Below, in pieces: positions 1-7,199 of a DNA stretch of 25,419 nucleotides. The notes beneath the pieces were generated by a model that was not told the DNA's origin, ran no database searches, and saw only the letters and a program-made list of their open reading frames with translations. Both the position numbers and the translations under genes were made by a program. Numbering within the stretch: the first letter of the stretch is position 1; the number at the start of each line of letters is the position of its first letter. Source of the DNA: Candidatus Ratteibacteria bacterium (GTDB lineage: Bacteria; Ratteibacteria; UBA8468; B48-G9; DTJG01); the NCBI GenBank assembly GCA_049971295.1, contig JBMFLH010000026.1, positions 1 through 25,419 on the forward strand, read 5' to 3'.

Positions 1-1059
1 ATCAACTCCAGCAAGTATAATCGTAACATCAGCAATTGTTTCTCCAATGCAACTTGCTTTAAACGTCGGGATATTCACATAACTGGGAGCTCTAATTTTA
101 TGCCGTACAGGACGGCTTGTTCCATCACTCCTCACATAATGATAGCACTCGCCCCTTGGTGCTTCATAACGACCAATCCCTTCTCCAGGCGGGATATAGC
201 GAACTTCAGTGGCAATATCACCCTTTATTTTTCTCAATCCACCAAGACATTGTTCAATAATTTTAATAGATTCAAAACATTCAAGAAGTCGCACGACTGC
301 CTTTGAAAAAACATCGCCATCCTGACAGGTTATTACCTTCCACTCCACCAGATCATATGCAGCATGTGGATTATCCCTCCTTACATCAATATCCACTCCT
401 GAAGCCCGCGCTACTGGGCCAACTGCGCCATAGTCTTTAATATTCTGTTTTGTTAAAACACCTACTCCCTTAAGTCGGGCAGCAAGAACAGGATCATCAA
501 GTACTGCTGCTGTTAACATTTCAAGTTTTCCTTTTAATTCATCAAGAATCTTTTTAATAATGTCAATATCTCCATTTTCAATATCCCGTCTTACTCCACC
601 AATTTTCATTATGCAGTAGTGATTTCTATTTCCAGTTACCATTTCCATTATATCAAGAATGGGTTCCCTGTATTTCCATGCCCACATAAAAACAGTGTTG
701 TAACCAAGAAAATGCCCGGCAAGACCCACCCATAATAAATGACTATGCAGTCTTTCAAGTTCACCAATAATTGAACGAATGTACTTTGCCCGTTCAGGAA
801 TATCTATCTTCAAAAGGTCCTCAACAGCATTGCAATATGCAATTGGATGAGATGTTGAACAGATACCGCATATTCTTTCAATCAAAAAGGTTACCTGATC
901 CCAGTGTTTGCTTTCTGAAATCTTCTCAATCCCTCTGTGGTTATAACCAGCCATCCACTCAATATCCACAACTCGTTCACCGTCACAATAAAGGGCAAAA
1001 TACTCTGGTTCCTCAAAAAGAGGATGATACGGCCCAATTGGCACGACGACTTTTTTCAT
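1..1059 (-). CDS. Group 4 [NiFe]-hydrogenase large subunit (NuoD/EchE/MbhL-like), 3' end off window
   Basis: Manually translated because it is absent from the ORF track: MKKVVVPIGPYHP...GYNHRGIEK...ERICGICSTSH...ELERLHSHL...GPVARASGV...EAPRGE...KIRAPSY...IILAGVD. 353 codons with no stop. The L1 RxCGxC motif is present; the sequence ends just before the expected L2 DPCxxC. ATG at 1057-1059 overlaps the upstream TGA (ATGA). Confidence 0.95.
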   Translation of the reverse strand, partial: MKKVVVPIGPYHPLFEEPEYFALYCDGERVVDIEWMAGYNHRGIEKISESKHWDQVTFLIERICGICSTSHPIAYCNAVEDLLKIDIPERAKYIRSIIGELERLHSHLLWVGLAGHFLGYNTVFMWAWKYREPILDIMEMVTGNRNHYCIMKIGGVRRDIENGDIDIIKKILDELKGKLEMLTAAVLDDPVLAARLKGVGVLTKQNIKDYGAVGPVARASGVDIDVRRDNPHAAYDLVEWKVITCQDGDVFSKAVVRLLECFESIKIIEQCLGGLRKIKGDIATEVRYIPPGEGIGRYEAPRGECYHYVRSDGTSRPVRHKIRAPSYVNIPTFKASCIGETIADVTIILAGVD

Positions 1060-1496
1060 TCATTAACCCTTTGTTTTGCATCCTTCCTTAATGGATAAAA
1101 ACCTTCAGGAAATTCATCTGTTAAAAATCGTTTCAACCCTGGATGATTCAAAAATTTAATACCAAGCAGTTCATACATTTCTCTCTCAATGTTCAAAGCG
1201 CCTTTCACAATGGATGAGATTGATTCAACATAGGGATTATCCCTGTCAAGAAAAACTCGCAATGAGATAACAATACCCTCAGGATCAAGAGAAAAATGAT
1301 ATAGAATTTCCATATTTTTCAGATTGTCAACTCCAGAAGCAGTAATAAATCGCGCATCCATATCCCAAAAAATAAATTTTACAATATCAGTCAGGTTATC
1401 CTTATCTATTTCAAGATAAATTCGTTTTTCATTATGGGAAAAAGCACTTTTTATTTTACTCTCAAATTTTTCTTTTATCTTTTCAACAATTTCCAT
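1056..1496 (-). CDS. Hydrogenase/complex I 30 kDa subunit (NuoC/EchD/MbhK-like)
   Basis: ITASGVD, ILYHF, ERE-MYELLGIKFLNHP, YPLRKD motifs; lies between the small and large subunits. Confidence 0.9.
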   Translation of the reverse strand: MEIVEKIKEKFESKIKSAFSHNEKRIYLEIDKDNLTDIVKFIFWDMDARFITASGVDNLKNMEILYHFSLDPEGIVISLRVFLDRDNPYVESISSIVKGALNIEREMYELLGIKFLNHPGLKRFLTDEFPEGFYPLRKDAKQRVNE

Positions 1497-1502
1497 ATTT
1501 CC

Positions 1503-1925
1503 TCACTTAATTTTCTCAAGTAGTTTCACAATACCAGCAATCATTGCTTCTGGTTTTGGCGGACATCCTGGAATATAAATATCAACAGGAATAATCTTAT
1601 CAATGGGTCCTGCCATCTGATATCCATCTTTAAAAATTCCTCCTGTGCAGGCGCAGGCGCCAATCGCAACAACGAAACCTGGTTTTGGCATCTGTTCATA
1701 GAGTTTTTTTATCCTTTTTGCATTTTTAATGGTTCCTATGCCTGTCACAAGAAGCACATCCGCATGCTTTACACTTCCCACCAGAACCATTCCAAATCTT
1801 TCAATGTCAAATCTTGGAGTAAGGCAATCAAGAATTTCAATGTCGCAATTGTTGCAGGAACCTGTTGAAAGATGAAACACAAAAAGCGACTTTTTTAATG
1901 CCTTTGTTTTTAAGTCAATCGCCAT
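1503..1925 (-). CDS. Group 4 hydrogenase small subunit (NuoB/EchC/MbhJ-like, one [4Fe-4S])
   Basis: GSCNNCDIE, RFDIERFG, HADVLLVTG, GACACTGG, VDIYIPGCPP. Confidence 0.93.
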   Translation of the reverse strand: MAIDLKTKALKKSLFVFHLSTGSCNNCDIEILDCLTPRFDIERFGMVLVGSVKHADVLLVTGIGTIKNAKRIKKLYEQMPKPGFVVAIGACACTGGIFKDGYQMAGPIDKIIPVDIYIPGCPPKPEAMIAGIVKLLEKIK

Positions 1926-1935
1926 AAGTTTTTCC

Positions 1936-2844
1936 TCAATAGCCCATCAGGGCAATTATCACAGCAAAAAAACCTAATATTGTTAACCAGCCCCATGAAA
2001 ATTTTAGAATCTGGTCTGTTCTCAATCTTGGGTTTGTATTTTTAATAAAAATAATAAGCAAAAGTACAAATAAATACTTCAAAATTCCTGTTACTGGATT
2101 ATGAAAACCGCCCAGAAAGTAAATCACAAAAAATGTTACACCGAGGGAAAGTAAAATCCACTTCATCATTTTGAACATTGCCAGTAATGGTCCAGAGTAT
2201 TCAACGAATGTGCCACCTGCAATTTCTGTTTCTGCTTCAGAAACATCAAAAGGCACATACCCCAGTTTTCCCTGAAAGGCAAGCAATCCCACAATAAAAG
2301 CAATAAGCCCTGAAAGATATCCCACATTTATCTTATACATCATCTGATAATTCATAATTTCTGATATTTGCGCAGATTGGTATTTAACGACAGGCACAAG
2401 TACCGCCAGAATAAATGGCAGCTCATAACTCAACATTAGCCGCAGTTCTCTTCCTGCTCCAACTGAGGCAAGGACATTACCACTTGCTGCACCTGATAGA
2501 AAAATTGTAATTGAAGGAATCATCATCAGATAAATAAATATAAACAGGTCCCATCTTATCGGATTATAAAACATTCCAGAAAGCAAAACTGCCCCTGTTA
2601 TTATCACAGCAAAAATTCCAATAACAGGAGACAGGAAAAATAAAAACTCATTGGCTCCATCAGGTATTACGGTTTCCTTTCCTGTAAGTTTCAAAAAATC
2701 AGCAAAATTCTGCCACCATGGCGGACCAACTCTCCATTGCAGGCGAGCCGTAATTTTTCTATCAAGCCAGCCACTCATCATTCCGGATATTCCGAAAATT
2801 ACAAAACTTCCAACAATCAATAGAAAAATTTTTAAGATGTCCAC
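1936..2844 (-). CDS. Membrane subunit, NuoH/HycD/MbhM family
   Basis: DRKITARLQWRVGPP, ADFLKL, PFDVSEAETEIAGG-VEYSG, PRLRTDQ; multiple hydrophobic helices; GTG start. Confidence 0.93.
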   Translation of the reverse strand: MDILKIFLLIVGSFVIFGISGMMSGWLDRKITARLQWRVGPPWWQNFADFLKLTGKETVIPDGANEFLFFLSPVIGIFAVIITGAVLLSGMFYNPIRWDLFIFIYLMMIPSITIFLSGAASGNVLASVGAGRELRLMLSYELPFILAVLVPVVKYQSAQISEIMNYQMMYKINVGYLSGLIAFIVGLLAFQGKLGYVPFDVSEAETEIAGGTFVEYSGPLLAMFKMMKWILLSLGVTFFVIYFLGGFHNPVTGILKYLFVLLLIIFIKNTNPRLRTDQILKFSWGWLTILGFFAVIIALMGY

Positions 2845-2846
2845 AA

Positions 2847-3344
2847 TTATTTCTCTTGTAACTGGTAAATTTCAAGCCAGTTAATCACTTTTACAATAAT
2901 GTATTCTCCAATTTTATGAAGATGTTTTAATTCATTAAGTTGTTCTTCCTCCACAATTTTGAGCGCACCATAAGGACAACTTTTCACACAAACAAATCTG
3001 TCTTGTTCATTCAATCTATTTCCAATGCAAATATCGCATCTTTCTGTAAGATATTGCAAGATGTCAATTGGTATTGTTCCAAAAGGACATGCAAGAGCAC
3101 AACTTTTACAGGAAATGCAAAGAAAATTAGACCTTCTAATAATACCATTTTCTCTTTTCAGAGCATTGTTAGGACAGGCATTTACACACGGATAGTCATC
3201 GCATCGCCTGCAGGCAAAAAGGAAAGCAATTTCCTCCCTGAGAGCAGTAATACCATTGTTTACAGGATGAAAAATATAACTGCATTTTACCACGCACTCA
3301 GAACATCTGTTACAAATTTCATAATCTATAAAAAGTTTTTTCAT
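2847..3344 (-). CDS. Four-cluster [4Fe-4S] electron transfer protein (HycB/HydN/CooF/DmsB-like)
   Basis: CNRCSECVVKC, CRRCDDYPCVNACP, CISCKSCALACP, CDIC...CVKSCP. Confidence 0.85.
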   Translation of the reverse strand: MKKLFIDYEICNRCSECVVKCSYIFHPVNNGITALREEIAFLFACRRCDDYPCVNACPNNALKRENGIIRRSNFLCISCKSCALACPFGTIPIDILQYLTERCDICIGNRLNEQDRFVCVKSCPYGALKIVEEEQLNELKHLHKIGEYIIVKVINWLEIYQLQEK

Positions 3345-4178
3345 TTATGCCCAGACTCCTGGTTCATTTTTTACCAAATCATAGGTAAATACTGGTCCAT
3401 CCTTGCATACAAAATACGAACCTATCAAACAATGCCTGCAATGACCGACCGCACAATACATTTTTCTTTCCATTGAAAGATAAATATCTCTATCTTTGTA
3501 CCCTATATCAAGAAGTTTAAGTGTAACAAATTTCATCATAACAGGAGGTCCGCAAACAATTGCAACGCTATTTGAGATGTCAATATCAAGATTGTCAAGG
3601 GTTTTTGTAACAAGCCCTTCTCTGAATTGCCAGTTATTATCTTTCTTGTCAACTGTAATCCTGAAAGAAATTGGAAATTTTTCCTGTAGTTTAAGCCACT
3701 CATCCAGAATAAGATTCTTATAAATATAATCAGCAGGCGTTTTTGCGCCACAGCAAAACACAATTCCTTTGTATTGTTCAATCGTCCCAATAAGCGCATA
3801 GAACAAAGAGCGAATAGGCGCCAGTCCCACTCCGCCACCTACAAGTAAAACTTCTTTCCTTGTAAATTTGTCAAGGGGATATGGCTTGCCGTATGGACCT
3901 CTGATTCCAACGACATCTCCTTTTTTCAACTTATGGATAGCATCAGTCACAAGTCCTGTTCGCATCACAGTTACTTCAATCTTATCTTTTATAAAAGGCG
4001 ATGAAGATGGAGTAAAAGGTGCTTCTCCGATGCCAGGAACTGTAAATGAAATAAATTGACCTGCCTGAAAAGTAAATTCTTTTTCTGGTATCAGTACCAC
4101 TGTTTTAATAGTCGGAGATTCGTCAATCACACTTTCAACAATGCATTTCAATGGTTTATAGATATTTGACTGATTCAT
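3345..4178 (-). CDS. FAD/NAD(P)-binding [2Fe-2S] oxidoreductase (HydG/AsrB/FlxA/PyrK-like)
   Basis: AGQF, EAPF, RGPYG, GGGVGLAP, CGPPVM, MERKMYCAVGHCRHC-x6-VCKDGPVF. Start moved from 4283 to the ATG at 4178, which has AAGGA 8 nt upstream. Confidence 0.9.
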   Translation of the reverse strand: MNQSNIYKPLKCIVESVIDESPTIKTVVLIPEKEFTFQAGQFISFTVPGIGEAPFTPSSSPFIKDKIEVTVMRTGLVTDAIHKLKKGDVVGIRGPYGKPYPLDKFTRKEVLLVGGGVGLAPIRSLFYALIGTIEQYKGIVFCCGAKTPADYIYKNLILDEWLKLQEKFPISFRITVDKKDNNWQFREGLVTKTLDNLDIDISNSVAIVCGPPVMMKFVTLKLLDIGYKDRDIYLSMERKMYCAVGHCRHCLIGSYFVCKDGPVFTYDLVKNEPGVWA

Positions 4179-5214
4179 ATTTAACATCCTTACAGATATC
4201 CTCAAAAATTGTATCCTCAAAAATGCACGAAAGAACCTTTCTCTTGTCAATTTTACCCGGGCACCCAGCAATGCATCTTCCACAACCAGTGCACCCTATC
4301 ATTCCAAAATTGTCAACCATATATTGATATTTACATGCCAGTCGATTTCTGTATCTTTCCCACAGTAGTGGCCTTGGGGAAACTCCGGATGCCATCCTTG
4401 CATAGCCAGGTAAAAGACACGAGTCCCATATTTTTGCCTTAACAAAATTTTCGTTTTTACTCACGTCCTCAAGCAGGAAACATACACACGATGGGCATAC
4501 ATTGGTGCAGCTTCCGCATTGAACACAATTTTTCCAGACCATTTCCCATTTTCTGGAATCGAATCGGATTCTAAATTCTTTTGAAATTTTATTCGGTATG
4601 TGAAATTGCTCATTGTACTGCAAAACCTTTGTTGAAATATTTTCTCTCAATTTTTTTCTTTCTTCGAGAACAGGTTCGTTGGCGTCCTTCAAAAAAGATC
4701 TATCTCCTAATAAAAACTCGCCTTTCTCAGAGCCAACATCCACAACAAAACCACTTTCAATCTTCGTTAAATTCAGGTCAAAACCCCCTTCTGGATATGG
4801 ATTTAAACCAAGCGATTTGCAAAAGCAAACAGAAAGCGGCTGAGTGCAATCTATTGACACGATAAAGGTATTCTGTCTTCTAAAAATAAAATTTGGATCT
4901 CTGTAATCACCATCAAGGAAAACTTTGTCCAGAATTTTTAAGCCCTGTAAGTCACAATTAGCAACGCCAATAATAACGCTTTTCCTGGGGTTTGTAATTT
5001 CAGGAACGATTCTTTCCTGAAAAGGTTGGAAGAAAAATTTCAACGGTTGAATTGTCCTGACTGCGCCAATGACAGCGTCATCAATATTTTCAATTGATAG
5101 CGGCTCATATAATAAATGCTGATTTCTCGAAAACGGAGCAAAAACATCATAAACGCCAAGCCATCGGCTGATGAAATTTTCTATTTTGTTGTTCTCTATA
5201 AAGTATGTGTTCAT
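4156..5214 (-). CDS. [4Fe-4S] protein of the sulfhydrogenase beta / AsrA / FlxB family
   Basis: NCDL, DC-x6-CFC, CVQCGSCTNVCPSCVC, WDSC, GCTGCGRCIAGCP. Confidence 0.88.
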   Translation of the reverse strand: MNTYFIENNKIENFISRWLGVYDVFAPFSRNQHLLYEPLSIENIDDAVIGAVRTIQPLKFFFQPFQERIVPEITNPRKSVIIGVANCDLQGLKILDKVFLDGDYRDPNFIFRRQNTFIVSIDCTQPLSVCFCKSLGLNPYPEGGFDLNLTKIESGFVVDVGSEKGEFLLGDRSFLKDANEPVLEERKKLRENISTKVLQYNEQFHIPNKISKEFRIRFDSRKWEMVWKNCVQCGSCTNVCPSCVCFLLEDVSKNENFVKAKIWDSCLLPGYARMASGVSPRPLLWERYRNRLACKYQYMVDNFGMIGCTGCGRCIAGCPGKIDKRKVLSCIFEDTIFEDICKDVKYESVKYL

Positions 5215-5220
5215 ATAACT

Positions 5221-5238
5221 TTGTGAAATTAATCACTA
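5221..5238. promoter_or_regulatory. Rex-like operator (TTGTGAA-N4-ATCACTA)
   Basis: 12 of 14 positions match the Rex consensus TTGTGAA-N4-TTCACAA, with an AT-only spacer. It lies between the promoter and the ATG (6 nt upstream of 5214). Also compatible with CRP-family TGTGA-N6-TCACA. Confidence 0.7.
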
Positions 5239-5265
5239 ACCCTTTTAAAAAATAAAATTTCATTA

Positions 5266-5293
5266 ACTATACCATATGATATTTTTTTGTCAA
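5266..5293 (-). promoter_or_regulatory. Sigma70-type promoter of the hydrogenase operon
   Basis: Minus strand: TTGACA (5293-5288), 16-nt spacer, TGn-extended TATAGT (5271-5266). Confidence 0.75.
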
Positions 5294-5362
5294 GTGCTTG
5301 TAGTATTTGGGCACAGACATCGTTACCAGGTCCGCTCAACCAACTTTGAAAAATTAATTAAA

Positions 5363-5433
5363 ATAGCCGGTATGCCTTTCTTTCAATCTCAGGAAGCATT
5401 TTGCGATGCTCCGAAAAGAGGCATATCAGCCAT
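5363..5433. repeat. Imperfect ~70-nt inverted repeat / extended hairpin
   Basis: GCCGGTATGCCTTTCTTTC pairs with GAAAAGAGGCATATCAGC; inner stem GGAAGCATT-ttgc-GATGCTCC; followed by a T-rich tract on the minus strand. Confidence 0.5.
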
Positions 5434-5798
5434 GGAGGTATCGTATAATTTTTTGGTATAGTACTAAGAGACCTCGTTTCAAAGATAAAATGTCTGGCAA
5501 AACAAATTATCAAAAAATAAGAGAGTCCTACCCTAATCTGCCTGTTAATTTTGCGCTCTTTCTCCTACAATACTTGATAGTGTCGACACTAATTCAGTCC
5601 TTGATTTCTTTCGCAGGGGGTGGTGACGATCTGTGTGACTATTACATTGTTCCAGTTGGGTAGACCGGTAACACTTCCAGTAGTAAATGTTTCTGTTGTT
5701 TCATTTTCAGACACTGCCTTGGTACAAATTAATGGCATAATCTGTATCACGGGTAATTAAAAAATCGCGTTAAAAACCGAAAAAATTTTCGAATAAAT

Positions 5799-6524
5799 TC
5801 ATCGAGACAAATAAATTTTTTTTGCTGAAATCCTTCCTGTATCGGTAAGAAATACGGCATCAATTAGGTTAGTTAAGTTATCTTTATCTGTATTACGTAT
5901 CTTGTCTTTCAGGTTTACCAGCCAATCCGCATCGTATAAAACCTTAAAGTTCAAGGTATTAATTTTGCCTGGAGAATGATGAAACGCAATAATCTGACAG
6001 ATTTCCTCTATATCCTCTTTTTTAAGTCCAACTTTAAGCAGAAGCTTGCGTGCAATTTCAGGTCCTTCCATTTCCTGAAGATTAGGGTTAGATGAACCGT
6101 ATTTTTCTTCCGCTACTTTTATCCCCACATCATGCAGGATTGCCGCCGGAATAACAATATGCCAATCTGCTTTTTCTTCCTTTAAAATCTCTTCGACAAA
6201 ATACAAAACCTTCTTAGCATGGTCAATTCTTTAAAACTCGTTCCCAAAGAAATTCTCTATTTCTTTTAAGAGTTTTTCCTTAATGGTCATAGATTTATTC
6301 TTCATATATTTGTTGTAAATTTCATCACCCACGCACTGCTTAGCATATTTACACCAATCTAAACAACTTGCTTCCTGAAGGCGTAAAACCTCTTTTTTAC
6401 AATTTGGGCAAATTACCTTTATTTCGTCAGTCCAGATTTCCAGAATCTCTCCACATTCAGGACATTTTATCTCTTCAGGTCTAGGTTGTCTTATATTCTG
6501 TGCTCCGGGACATTTAAAATTCAT
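5799..6524 (-). pseudogene. Cys-rich Zn-finger + HD-domain phosphohydrolase gene interrupted by one in-frame TAA (6231-6233)
   Basis: ORFs 6231..6524 and 5799..6206 are in the same frame. The read-through is ...FFGNEF*RIDHAKKVLYFVEEIL...ILHDVGIK...FHH...YDADWL. N-terminus has CPG, CPECG, CPNC and SCLDWCKYAKQC. Confidence 0.8.
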
Positions 6525-6525
6525 T

Positions 6526-7002
6526 TTATATCCACCCTTTGATGATATTTCTTTGTAAACTTACCGCAATACTTTTTATGAATATCTTTCTTTTGACTTC
6601 ACATGCCACCCCTTGAACTAAATTTATCAGACCAAAACAGCAAGAAACATGCATAATCATTGCGATTATTGTGTTTTCCTTGACGTCATCAATTAAGGAT
6701 TTTATTTTCTCTACATATATATCTCGACCTTCGTCTAACTTTGGGCCAACAATGGCAAGGGCTTTTTCTTTAAGATAGTCCTTGTGAAAATCTCCAACAG
6801 TATAAACAACGTAGTCTGTTGAAAGTAAAACATCTGTCTTCTTGTAATAGGGGGCCTGAGGGGGGACTAAATACAATTGAATTGGCCATTGCCTTAATTC
6901 ACAAACTTTTTTATCAGTTTCATCACCCTGGGATTTCTTTTCATTAGAATCCATCATTCCTGAAACAGGACAGCCTTCAAATAAATGATTATTTTGCTTC
7001 AT
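6526..7002 (-). CDS. Degenerate homologue of the conserved C-terminal domain of ferredoxin-type Fe-S binding proteins (WPxQLxLVPP..AP family)
   Basis: ELRQWPIQLYLVPPQAPYY, FHKDYLK, PKLD, CC-GL; strong AAGGAGGT RBS; several family cysteines appear substituted. Confidence 0.65.
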   Translation of the reverse strand: MKQNNHLFEGCPVSGMMDSNEKKSQGDETDKKVCELRQWPIQLYLVPPQAPYYKKTDVLLSTDYVVYTVGDFHKDYLKEKALAIVGPKLDEGRDIYVEKIKSLIDDVKENTIIAMIMHVSCCFGLINLVQGVACEVKRKIFIKSIAVSLQRNIIKGWI

Positions 7003-7080
7003 CCCTTGCCACCTCCTTATCCTGCAAAAAGTTTAGACATATTTTTAGTTAACAGCACATTCAATCTTCTATCCATTTTT

Positions 7081-7113
7081 CAAAATGATACCAAATAAGT
7101 ATCAATTTGTTAA
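7081..7113 (-). promoter_or_regulatory. Putative sigma70 promoter overlapped by a 29-bp palindrome
   Basis: Minus strand: TTAACA-17-TATCAT with TGn extension. Palindrome CAAAATGATAC-N7-GTATCAATTTG (10/11 arm match) covers the -10 and spacer. Confidence 0.5.
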
Positions 7114-7199
7114 GTAAATATATGAACTGGCCTGTTAACTTCAACCGGATATTTTCTACACGTAAGTCACACAATATCAGATAGCAAACAGAAGAGTCC

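Noticed and set aside
4179..4283. N-terminal extension of the HydG-like ORF
   Set aside because: Overlaps the last Fe-S motif of the upstream gene; the RBS supports ATG 4178.
5334..5480. Possible integron attC site (GCTCAAC fits RYYYAAC) or SRP/6S RNA (CAGGTCCG and GGAAGCA fragments)
   Set aside because: No complementary GTTRRRY box at a suitable position; the SRP motif pieces are not contiguous; outer 6S-like pairing is weak and AT-rich.
5276..5663. Plus-strand ORFs 5276..5461 and 5406..5663
   Set aside because: No motifs or RBS; the first overlaps the hydrogenase promoter and both overlap the hairpin.
6231..6233. Stop-codon recoding or alternative genetic code
   Set aside because: The codon is TAA, which terminates many genes in this window; it is neither Sec (TGA) nor Pyl (TAG).
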